From the NCBI GenBank assembly GCA_963833125.1, contig CAWHWX010000019.1, positions 168,164 through 232,163 on the forward strand: a stretch of DNA of 64,000 nt, read 5' to 3'. Both the position numbers and the translations under genes were made by a program. Below the pieces are notes generated by a model. That model saw only the letters and a list, made by a program, of their open reading frames with translations, made no database searches and had not been told where the DNA came from. Source of the stretch: Candidatus Bathyarchaeota archaeon. GTDB taxonomy: Archaea; Thermoproteota; Bathyarchaeia; 40CM-2-53-6. This document shows positions 19,959 through 29,048 of the stretch, in pieces. Positions within the stretch are counted from its first letter, which is position 1, and each line of letters opens with the position of its first letter.

Positions 19959-21810
19959 CCGACAATTCACCGACTTCGACGGCCGATTCGAAGGAAGACT
20001 TGCTGCCGTCTACGCCATAAGACGAACAGATGTCTCAGCTGAGACCACTGGTTTTTCTGCCAAATATGAATGCCGCGTTAAAGCCCAATACCAAAAAGAC
20101 CTCATGGGCATGCTCGAAGAGGGAATGCTGCTCGCAGTACGTAACTTCAAAGCCAAGAAATACGACGGGAAGAGATTTACCCTTTTTGAGGTCTCGCGGA
20201 TTGGACCAGAACATTTCGGACTGCGAGGCCTCTCAGACCAAAACTACTATCCATACCAGTTCGAAATAATTGAACAAAGCGTTGCAGATTGGGACACAGA
20301 CGATAAAGCAACGATGATAATACAACTCAGCGCAATACCCCTCAACTACGACTTGATTCTAGACGGGTCGGAGCAACGGTATGTCAAAGGATTCACCTAC
20401 CCTGTAGTAGGCGAACGCGCATTCATCCTAAACAAGGGCACAATCCATCGGATGTACAACCGAAAACTCCTGGATGAGCTTGGACTCGTGTGGAATGAAA
20501 AGATCGCCACCACCTCTGATGCTAGAAAAGACCCACGCGTGGGCACGATCAAGATGTTCCAAGAGGAAGATGGTGCAGTTCCGATCTACGTTAGTTTCGA
20601 GCGACTCGTACGCTACCACTTCGGAGTATTCTCCTTCACCGGCGGCGGGAAGAGCAACCTACTTTCCAATATCCTTCGAAGAATAATCTACCATTCTAAA
20701 ACGAAGACCGTGATCTTCGACATTTCGATGGAGTATCCATTCCTTCTACAAGACGTATTTGTGGATAAGACAATCAATAGCAAGATAATCACCGAGATGC
20801 CGGTCGAAGACGCAGACCACCTCCGGAAAGTCATAGTAACCCCCAGGGACTTCGAAAAATATGACCTAACCCCGAACCTAGAGAATATCTTCTCTCAAGG
20901 AAAATTGGGCCATTATGCAGAGGCAGGAAGACCCCCACCGACATTCGAGAACATTCTAGAACAAATTAGGCTCCTGGAGAAAGGGGAGGGCGACAAACAA
21001 GTAAACCTGGATGCTATCCATGAAATCGAAGAAAAAGTACTTGAGTGGTTAAGGGATAACCGGGCAGATCGGTTTGGTATTGTAACCCCGGAATTTCTCG
21101 ACTACTTACAGTCGGTTGCTACAACCGCGGTTGAGAAATTCAAGGTTTGGAAGAGCGGGTCACTCGCTGCTTGGGCTGGTACAAGGTCTGAACTCAAGTC
21201 ATCGCTCAGTCGAGCAGCAAAGACCATCGATAAAAATGCCTACACCACCGAAAAACTATTGGGCCTTTTGGACGGCGATACGAGGCTCCTGTGTCTATCC
21301 GTTGCGGAGCCAAGTATTATCAAGAAACTTGCTATAGATCTAACATCCGAGATGCTCAGACGGAGGAAACGGGAATTTCAAGTTGAACCCCAAATCCTGT
21401 TCGTCTTCGACGAAGCCCAAGAATTCATTCCCGCCTATGACAAAGCCAGAGGAATAGATCTTACCTGCACTTATCGCATCGAAACTCTGCTCCGGCAGGG
21501 AAGGAAGTATGGGCTTGGCGGTTGCGTCGCGACGCAGAGAATCGCTTACCTCAACACAAACGCTTTGCAACAACTACATACCTACTTTGTCGGCCCATTA
21601 CCTCGGCCATACGATCGTAGTCTCGTGAGCAGCACGTTCACGATCGATCAGGGAATTCTTGAAAAAACTCTTGAATTCGCTCCAGGCCAATGGCTACTCT
21701 CTAGCTACATTGCGACAGGGATGGAAAACGTTCCCATATTCATAACAGCAGACAACTCCGAAAAGGAACTGCAAAAGGTTATCGCGGAACCGAAACCAAA
21801 AGCAACCTAA
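19939..21810 (+). CDS. HerA/FtsK-family (DUF87) ATPase/DNA translocase
   Basis: HFGVFSFTGGGKSN (Walker A), VIFDISMEY, FVFDEAQEF (Walker B), RQGRKYGLG..VATQR; N-terminal HAS-barrel-like region. Confidence 0.9.
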   Translation: MLEPELNRQFTDFDGRFEGRLAAVYAIRRTDVSAETTGFSAKYECRVKAQYQKDLMGMLEEGMLLAVRNFKAKKYDGKRFTLFEVSRIGPEHFGLRGLSDQNYYPYQFEIIEQSVADWDTDDKATMIIQLSAIPLNYDLILDGSEQRYVKGFTYPVVGERAFILNKGTIHRMYNRKLLDELGLVWNEKIATTSDARKDPRVGTIKMFQEEDGAVPIYVSFERLVRYHFGVFSFTGGGKSNLLSNILRRIIYHSKTKTVIFDISMEYPFLLQDVFVDKTINSKIITEMPVEDADHLRKVIVTPRDFEKYDLTPNLENIFSQGKLGHYAEAGRPPPTFENILEQIRLLEKGEGDKQVNLDAIHEIEEKVLEWLRDNRADRFGIVTPEFLDYLQSVATTAVEKFKVWKSGSLAAWAGTRSELKSSLSRAAKTIDKNAYTTEKLLGLLDGDTRLLCLSVAEPSIIKKLAIDLTSEMLRRRKREFQVEPQILFVFDEAQEFIPAYDKARGIDLTCTYRIETLLRQGRKYGLGGCVATQRIAYLNTNALQQLHTYFVGPLPRPYDRSLVSSTFTIDQGILEKTLEFAPGQWLLSSYIATGMENVPIFITADNSEKELQKVIAEPKPKAT

Positions 21811-21896
21811 CTCCCGCGCTTGCCTTCTTTCCTAAGATTCGCCCATCAATTAACTATTTAATGCCGTCAAGCTCTGCCCATACACCGTGAAGCTCG

Positions 21897-22481
21897 TTGG
21901 CCCCGCCAGACCCTCAACTGACAAAGAAATTGGCTGAGATGAAGACATTCCTAGAGCGTCGCCTAAAGCAGCAGGAAGAGGAAGCAAACTACCTGCGATC
22001 TTTCTTGGAAGTTGTCGACACGCTTCTCGCGGAGAGAAGCTTCCGACCTGTCGACATCGGAGTTGCAACCAGCGCGCCCCCAACTAAGCCTCCAACGATG
22101 CCTCAAGCATCTGAGAAGACTCCATCTGACAATGTGCCAATCATGACCACCGACGGCGTCCGGATCGCCTCAATGACCATCGAAGCAAATGATCTTCGCG
22201 TTGTACCCGAACCCGGCATCAACTTGGACTCCAATTCCCCACCTCTACGTTCGTTTCTCATGGCAAAAGTCTTAGAACCCATGCAGGGCAAAGACAAAGA
22301 AGCCGCGACGGCAGGATCCCTACAACCCGAAAACATGCTTACCTACGATGTTGAGCAGGAGGAGGGGCACCTCAAGTCCATTCACGTGCAGAACTATGGA
22401 GACGACCGCAGGCTGCTCGAGTTGAAGAATGCAATAAGGTGGACGTTCCGGAGAATGTATGAGAAAACTGGACCGAAATGA
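21897..22481 (+). CDS. Hypothetical protein with N-terminal coiled coil
   Basis: Clean 194-aa ORF; coiled coil (LAEMKTFLERRLKQQEEEANYLRSFL), Pro/Thr linker, globular C-terminus; its own TATA-like TATTTAA upstream. Confidence 0.75.
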   Translation: MAPPDPQLTKKLAEMKTFLERRLKQQEEEANYLRSFLEVVDTLLAERSFRPVDIGVATSAPPTKPPTMPQASEKTPSDNVPIMTTDGVRIASMTIEANDLRVVPEPGINLDSNSPPLRSFLMAKVLEPMQGKDKEAATAGSLQPENMLTYDVEQEEGHLKSIHVQNYGDDRRLLELKNAIRWTFRRMYEKTGPK

Positions 22482-22491
22482 ATTCGCTAAC

Positions 22492-24030
22492 CTAGCTGCT
22501 ATCTTTGCTCCTTGCAGTCAGAACGCTTAACGCTTCAGACGAAGTCTTCTCAACTCGCTTCTGCAATTCGTTAAGGAGATGTTCCGTTCTTTTACGATAA
22601 TCCGTATCCTTAACTCCGGTCAGATTGATTGCGACGTTGGCGGTCGCGCCCTGGAATCCCGCCCGGGCTAGAAAGACGGCGGTTCGTATGTCTGAGAGCG
22701 CATTGAGATTTGCGTATTCAGCGAGGTTCCTGGCCGCGTCCAGAGTACGTGCAGCCAAGTCCGTAGTTTCAAGTGGCACTTGGGCGGCGTCCTTGAGTCG
22801 CATTTGTATCTCCGCAGATCTGGCCTGTTTGTCCGAATCAGTTTCTTTCGGCAAACGATACGCCTTCATTACAGTAGCGAAGCTCTGCGCGTCCCGGTCT
22901 ACTAGCGTGAGCGATTGAACTCGGAGTTTTTCGCTCTCTTCAAGAATTCCCTTAACTGCCGGCCAGTGTTTTTCGTATTCAGTTTTCTTCAGGGTGAGTC
23001 GGGAAACCATACTTACGAGGCTTGCCGACAAGGCAACAGCGTAGGCCGATGCGCTTCCACCTCCTGGAACCGGTTTCTCGGAGGCAAGTTCAGAAGTGAA
23101 AGCCGCCAAGTTCATTGACACAAGTCGGTTGGATTCCGATTCCGAGAGCTTGCGTTCTAGGATTTGGTCCTTCTTGAAACTCTGAAGACGGAGATAAAAC
23201 TGAGCGCTGTCAATCAAGGCTTCTGTGGGAACTAGGCCGACGATTTCGCTCTCGATAACCTGGACGCCTTGTTCCTCAGCGAGGGTTCGGATGAGCTCAA
23301 ATGCTTTGAAGAGTTGGCTAGCCTTGTAATCCACCATATTCATTGAGACTTGGACGATGCCGCGGTCTTTCAGCTCGAACCCCAGAGCCTTTACGGCAGA
23401 AAGTCCACCGTCCTTTCCCCTGACCTGTCTGGCGATTTTCTTGGCCACGTCTAGGTTGGCAGTTCCCAGGTTCACGTTGTAAGCTATGAGTATCGGCCTA
23501 GCGCCTATCGCGGTAGCTCCGGCAGTTGGATGAATCGCGTTAGGCCCGAAGTCCGGCGTCTTATCGGGGTTTTTGCCTATTTCCTCGCGTAATCCCTCGA
23601 ATTCACCCTTTCTAACGTCGGCGAGATTCCTCCTCTCGGGTCTCGTTGCCGCCTCCTCGTACAGATAGACTGGGACTTTGAATCTAGCAGCAAATTCCTT
23701 CGCAAAATCCTTCGCTAACTGGACGCATTCGTCCATTGTAACATCAGATATTGGAATGAACGGGATGACATCGACCGCTCCCATCCGAGGATGTTCGCCG
23801 TGGTGTTTGTTCAGGTCGATGAGCTCGATGGCTTTTGCGCTGATCGCTAAACCAGCTTCCTTCACATCGCCGGGTTCGCCGACAAACGTCAAGACGGATC
23901 GATTGTGGTTTGCGTCGGATTCGACGTCGAGGACCTTAACGTTCCTAGCTCGCGCCTCGTTGACAATCGCGTCAATCACTTCCTTCCTTCTTCCCTCGCT
24001 GAAATTAGGGACGCACTCTACCAGTTTCAA
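22492..24030 (-). CDS. ftcD: Bifunctional glutamate formimidoyltransferase / formimidoyl-THF cyclodeaminase
   Basis: LVECVPNFSEGR, HNRSV, GEHPRMGAVDVIPF, then a cyclodeaminase domain with PVPGGGSASA. Confidence 0.93.
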   Translation of the reverse strand: MKLVECVPNFSEGRRKEVIDAIVNEARARNVKVLDVESDANHNRSVLTFVGEPGDVKEAGLAISAKAIELIDLNKHHGEHPRMGAVDVIPFIPISDVTMDECVQLAKDFAKEFAARFKVPVYLYEEAATRPERRNLADVRKGEFEGLREEIGKNPDKTPDFGPNAIHPTAGATAIGARPILIAYNVNLGTANLDVAKKIARQVRGKDGGLSAVKALGFELKDRGIVQVSMNMVDYKASQLFKAFELIRTLAEEQGVQVIESEIVGLVPTEALIDSAQFYLRLQSFKKDQILERKLSESESNRLVSMNLAAFTSELASEKPVPGGGSASAYAVALSASLVSMVSRLTLKKTEYEKHWPAVKGILEESEKLRVQSLTLVDRDAQSFATVMKAYRLPKETDSDKQARSAEIQMRLKDAAQVPLETTDLAARTLDAARNLAEYANLNALSDIRTAVFLARAGFQGATANVAINLTGVKDTDYRKRTEHLLNELQKRVEKTSSEALSVLTARSKDSS

Positions 24031-24131
24031 AAATTGTCATACCCGAGGAGGGGCCCCGAGGCTAATTTCGTTTCGGTTGATTCTCGAAGTAAATCTACTG
24101 TTCAATAAGGTGAGCCAGTCATACTCTAATC

Positions 24132-25043
24132 TTGGCAGGGGAAAACTTGACTGCTAGAATAATGGACGGGAATCCCGTATCCCGAATCATCAGATCGAAG
24201 ATAAAGGAAGAAGTCCTTTCGCTTAGGAAATCGAACATCGAACCCAGTCTCGTAACCGTAATCGTCGGAAATAATCCAGCATCTCAAACCTATCTCAATA
24301 ATCAAAATGCGGCGTGCACCGCTGCAGGGATCAAATCACGCAACATCGAATTGACAGAAGATACACCGCAGTCAGAGCTTGAGCAGGCAATTCACGACAT
24401 GAATGAAGATAAGACAGTGACAGGCATTCTCCTTCAGCTTCCACTACCCAAGCATCTTAACGAGGCCGCGGCTGTGGCCTCAATTGCGAAAGAGAAAGAC
24501 GTAGACGGGTTGAACCCTTGCAACGTTGGGCGATTGGCAGAAAAGGATGCGAAGCTGGCCCCGTGTACACCAAAGGGAGTAATTGTCCTGTTGAAGTATT
24601 ATCAGGTGGGACTCGCAGGGAAGCACGCAGTCATAATCAACAGGAGCAAGCTGATAGGAAGGCCCTTGACACAACTTCTGTTGAACGAGGATGCTACCGT
24701 AACCGTATGTCACTCGAAAACGCAGACACTAGCTGACATTACGAAACAGGCCGACATTCTTCTCACGGGGATCGGGAGACGTTCCGAATTTACCGTCGGC
24801 CCCGAGATGATTAAGCCGGGAGCCGCCGTTGTGGACATCGGCACGAGTAGCGTTGGCGGCAAACTGCTGGGCGACGTTGACTTTGACAATGCAATTCGTG
24901 TGGCGTCCATCATAAGCCCCGTCCCTGGAGGAGTGGGCCCACTAACAGTGTCAATGCTGTTGTACAACTCTTTGGTTGCTGCATCGATGCAACATGATCT
25001 GAAGATGGAATTTAGTTTAGACCAATTCATAATGTCGACCTAA
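24132..25043 (+). CDS. folD: Methylene-THF dehydrogenase/cyclohydrolase
   Basis: GILLQLPLP, KDVDGL, PCTPKG, ATVTVCHS, GDVDF, PVPGGVGPLTV. Confidence 0.96.
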   Translation: MAGENLTARIMDGNPVSRIIRSKIKEEVLSLRKSNIEPSLVTVIVGNNPASQTYLNNQNAACTAAGIKSRNIELTEDTPQSELEQAIHDMNEDKTVTGILLQLPLPKHLNEAAAVASIAKEKDVDGLNPCNVGRLAEKDAKLAPCTPKGVIVLLKYYQVGLAGKHAVIINRSKLIGRPLTQLLLNEDATVTVCHSKTQTLADITKQADILLTGIGRRSEFTVGPEMIKPGAAVVDIGTSSVGGKLLGDVDFDNAIRVASIISPVPGGVGPLTVSMLLYNSLVAASMQHDLKMEFSLDQFIMST

Positions 25044-25219
25044 CAAAGACGAAATATGTTCTCATTCCCTTGTTCGCGGATGGATCGGTTGGTTGAGCAG
25101 ATAGGCGACAGTTCCACCTACCTTTTTAACGGCCCATGACCTTAGTAGCAATCGTCGTGTGCGTTTTGTACCGAACCCGCTTCGTCGGGATCCGAAACTA
25201 AGCGACACTTGGTGTTGAA

Positions 25220-26420
25220 TTGCAGAAGGAGAGTAGGTTGGATGCTCAACTGCGTGTTGGTTTTGTCAGCACTTACCCTCCCAGGGAATGCGGTATAGCA
25301 AGTTACACACGGAACCTCTCACTCGCTTTGCTGATGCGGGGCCATGTCCGTGAGAATGTAGTTGTCGCGATCAACGAGGAAGGAGGAAACCTTTACTCGG
25401 ACAAGAACGTAAGAGGCACAATAGATCAGCACGATCGCGAAAGCTACCTAGCTGCAGCCAAATTTCTGAACGATTCCAACGTCTCAATTACCAGTGTGCA
25501 GCATGAGTACGGAATATTCGGGGGCGAATGGGGTGAGTATGTCTTGGATCTCTACTCCAACCTCGAGAAACCGATCGTAACGACGTTTCATACAGTAATG
25601 GCTAAACCGCCCAAGAAAGGCGCGTCGGGTTTTGAGCGAGCTCGCGGAGATGAGTGAGGCAGTAGTAGTCACGATAGAATCTGCTGCAAAGCTTCTGGAG
25701 GATCAGACTGGACTTTCACCCAGTCGAATACGGATAATAGGCCATGGGGCGGCAGTACCGGAACGACCGCGGGACCAGTATGCTAAACGGGAATTAGGGT
25801 TACAGAAACACTTCGTTCTCGCTACACTAGGTTTGATCAGTGAGGGGAAAGGAATCGAGTACGCAATAAGAGCGATTTCTAGGCTTGTAAAAGAACGGCC
25901 GGATATTCTCTATTTAGTAATAGGCGAGACTCACCCGGAGGTTCGTAAGCACGAAGGAGAGGCCTACCGCGATAAGCTTGTTGCACTTGCTAAGCGGCTG
26001 GGGGTCGAGAATCATGTCAAATTCATTGATAGCTTTCTGCCTGAAGACAGACTGTCAAGATACCTCCAAGCAGCGGACGTTTATGTTGCGCCCTATCTTG
26101 GGAGAGATCAGGTTTCTAGCGGCACTTTGACCTTGGCTCTTAGCCACGGGAAGGCTATAGTCTCAACACCATCGACTTTCTCAAAGGAAGTCTTGTCGGG
26201 CAACAGGGGGTTGCTCTGCAAATTTGCGGACGCACCATCGATCGCTGCCTGTGTAGATAGGATAATGAGTGATTCAGTGCTTAAGCGGCAATTGGAAGGA
26301 AATGCATTCAAGTACGGCCGACAAGTGGGATGGACAAGGGTAGCTGACGAGTATGCTGAAACCTTCAGATTTGCAACAAGATCTGCCAAAGTTGTGCGAG
26401 AGACTCGTCAAGTCAGTTAG
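25220..26420 (+). CDS. GT4 glycosyltransferase, frameshift near 25625
   Basis: STYPPRECGIASY, QHEYGIFGG, LGLISEGKGIEY, GETHP, QVSSGTL motifs. Confidence 0.88.
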
Positions 26421-27441
26421 ACTCGACCACCTATTCGCGCTCACCGATGCTACCGCAGTAATCCAACACGCGAGGTTCTCAGTTCCTTACAAGAAGGAGG
26501 GGTATGCGGTAGATGACAGTGCACGGGCATTGGTGTTCAGTGTTAAGGCGCCTCAATATTGGCCTGACAACCGCCTAGTCGATCTTCAGAAGAAACTTCT
26601 GAGTTTCCTTTTGCTAATGCAAGACGACGGTGGAGTGATGCATAACTTCATGGATTTTACTCTAGATCTCATCGACAAACCGACGATAGGCGATCATCTG
26701 GGAAGAACACTTTGGGCAACAGGCACGATATTGAATTCAAACGTAGCAGAAGGAATGAAGGGATCTGCAAGGCTAATCTTCGATCGAGCCCTTCCGTGGG
26801 CTCGCGTCTCCGACTCGCTTCGAACGAAGGCCTACGCGTGTCTTGCGATACATGAACGAATGCTCGCAGAACCTGATGACAAGAATCTGCAAACCGACTT
26901 GAGGGAAACTTCAGCAGGTCTACTGAAAGCCTATCAGATGAACAAAGATAGTGAGTGGAAGTGGTACGAGAACATTCTCACATATGACAATGCTCGGTTG
27001 AGTCAAGCGATGTTGGTAGCATACGAGGTTCTTCATGACGAAGCGTTACTGAAGGCGGGTGAGGAAACGCTGAGTTTCCTAAACAACGCGCAGACGCAAA
27101 ATGGGATTTGCACTCCTATAGGTAACAACGGCTGGTACGGAAAGGGGAAAGAGAAAGCTCTGTACGACCAGCAGCCCATCGAGCCGGGAGCATTGATCGA
27201 AGCGAATGCGAATGCTTACCGAATGACGCGTGATAGATCTTATGAGAATATGGCTAGACGGGCACTGGGATGGTTCTTCGGTATGAATACGAAAAACGCC
27301 ATCGTTTACGATGAAGAATCAGGAGGATCGTATGATGGGATCGGCGAGCGCGGAGTTAACCAGAACCAAGGAGCCGAATCTACAATCGCATTCCTATTAG
27401 CTGCAGAGGAATTCCTAACATGTTTCGGCCGCCCAGGGTGA
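26353..27441 (+). CDS. (alpha/alpha)6-barrel glycosidase-like protein of the GT4-associated family
   Basis: LDHLFALTD...QHA, GYAVDDSARAL, WYENILTYDNARL, DQQPIE, NQNQGAESTIAFL motifs, which are usually fused C-terminal to this GT4 type in bacteria. Confidence 0.85.
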   Translation: MLKPSDLQQDLPKLCERLVKSVRLDHLFALTDATAVIQHARFSVPYKKEGYAVDDSARALVFSVKAPQYWPDNRLVDLQKKLLSFLLLMQDDGGVMHNFMDFTLDLIDKPTIGDHLGRTLWATGTILNSNVAEGMKGSARLIFDRALPWARVSDSLRTKAYACLAIHERMLAEPDDKNLQTDLRETSAGLLKAYQMNKDSEWKWYENILTYDNARLSQAMLVAYEVLHDEALLKAGEETLSFLNNAQTQNGICTPIGNNGWYGKGKEKALYDQQPIEPGALIEANANAYRMTRDRSYENMARRALGWFFGMNTKNAIVYDEESGGSYDGIGERGVNQNQGAESTIAFLLAAEEFLTCFGRPG

Positions 27442-27446
27442 TGGAT

Positions 27447-28367
27447 TCAGTTCGAGTCTTCGAGTTCATCGAGAAATTGGTTCAGCGGCGCGGAGGCAAC
27501 ACAGCACACAGCATCCGCTCCACCGTAATACACGAATAAAGTCCCATTAACCGCCGCTACCCCGTCAGGAAAAACAACGTTCGAGACCACTCCCTGCTTC
27601 TCAAAGTCCATTTCAGGTTCTAAAATGGGCTCCCTGGAGCGGCTTAGTACCCTGGCAGGATTTTCCGGGTCAAGGAGCATTGCTCCCGCTCGGTAAATGT
27701 GATCTATGTCTACTCCGTGGTAGAGGACTAACCATCCACGATCTGTCTTGATCGGTGGAGGTCCGACGCCAACCTTTCTTTGTTCCCACGGAAACTTAGA
27801 CCTTATGACCTCATAATCATCCAGATGCTCCATGTAGCTTCTCCAGAATTCTTGAGACTTTTGTAGGTGTGAGATGCTGTCAAAGTAGGCGATTTGAATC
27901 TTAGATTCTAATCGGTGTAGCAAAGCAATTTTGCCAGCAATGCGTTCTGGAAAGATAACGCAGTCCTTGTCATCGCGGTCCGGCCCGATCAAACCAAGTT
28001 TCTCGAAATTCTTGAAGTCAAAGGTTGAGGTGAGTGCCAAGCGGGGGCCGCGCCGAGAATATGCAGTGTACGTAATGTAATACATACCATCAAGTTGAGT
28101 AATCCGAGGATCCTCACACCCAAACTCCTCCCAGCCCGCAGACGGTCCGACAATTGGCTTTTCCGAGCGATCATAAATCTCGGTCCCGTTATTACTTCGT
28201 GCGTAGCCTAGTCTGGAGACTCTGTTTTCAGCTACGGCACGGTAGAGTATGTGGATGGTTCCATTCTCGACTATTGTTCCAGGATTGAATGTGCCTTTAA
28301 GCTCCCACGATTTTTCCTCTCTTGGAGCAATTATGGGGTTGCCTTCGAATCGAGTCAGCTTCAACAA
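27447..28367 (-). CDS. GH130-family glycoside phosphorylase/hydrolase
   Basis: NPII.P..WE..GTFNPG, ILYRA, GCEDPRI, DKD..IFPE, WLVLYHGV, NVVFPDG, YYGGAD. Confidence 0.9.
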   Translation of the reverse strand: MLKLTRFEGNPIIAPREEKSWELKGTFNPGTIVENGTIHILYRAVAENRVSRLGYARSNNGTEIYDRSEKPIVGPSAGWEEFGCEDPRITQLDGMYYITYTAYSRRGPRLALTSTFDFKNFEKLGLIGPDRDDKDCVIFPERIAGKIALLHRLESKIQIAYFDSISHLQKSQEFWRSYMEHLDDYEVIRSKFPWEQRKVGVGPPPIKTDRGWLVLYHGVDIDHIYRAGAMLLDPENPARVLSRSREPILEPEMDFEKQGVVSNVVFPDGVAAVNGTLFVYYGGADAVCCVASAPLNQFLDELEDSN

Positions 28368-28522
28368 ATATTGGACTACATCCGAACGTTGTCAAATTGC
28401 AGAACGAGCGCAGGGGCGGAGGCAATATTTGCTTTGCGCTTCAGAACCCTACTGACAAGAAGAACGACGAAAAAAGGATGTCAGGCAATACCCTTCCAAT
28501 CCAACGTGAACCATGGTAAAGG

Positions 28523-28627
28523 TTACCATTCCCAGAGGTAGTAACCTGTCCACGGGTTGTAGTAGTAATATCCGTACGCGTAAGTTGCTGGGTATAGGTA
28601 CGAGGGATACATTATAGGAGCTCTCAT
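28523..28627 (-). CDS. Tyr/Trp-rich 34-aa microprotein (MRAPIMYPSYLYPATYAYGYYYYNPWTGYYLWEW)
   Basis: ATG preceded by SD-like GGTGGTGAG; strongly biased composition; T-rich tract downstream on the same strand; below the ORF-track cutoff. Confidence 0.55.
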   Translation of the reverse strand: MRAPIMYPSYLYPATYAYGYYYYNPWTGYYLWEW

Positions 28628-28717
28628 CGTTAAGCGCTCACCACCGTCGAATTCTGTTATTCTGGACTAACTTGCAGGGATTTGGTCCTCATTCGGTGTG
28701 GTGATGTTGCGTGTTTC

Positions 28718-28906
28718 CTAACCGCTCGCGGCTAAGACTTCTACCGTCGGCTGGTAGACTGCACGTTCTCTTATCTTCGCTGAAGATCGCAGTTGCGTAT
28801 CGCAATGTTGCTCGCAACGTTCCGCTGTACCGATGGCCTGATACCCGTATCCACAGAATTCGCAAAGATATGCGACGTTGTCATGTAATCTGAGTTCAGT
28901 CACCAT
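28718..28906 (-). CDS. Small zinc-finger-like protein
   Basis: CEFCG...CEQHC metal-binding pattern; SD-like GAGGT upstream. Confidence 0.7.
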   Translation of the reverse strand: MVTELRLHDNVAYLCEFCGYGYQAIGTAERCEQHCDTQLRSSAKIRERAVYQPTVEVLAASG

Positions 28907-29048
28907 TGTTTCATAACCTCTACCAAGAATTTAGTGTCTCGTAATCCATTAGCATTGGTCGAACATGTGTATACATCTACCCAGCGGAATTAGGTGACCG
29001 GAGTTTATATTGATACGACTAAACTCAATAGAAACGTCCCAGGGTAGA

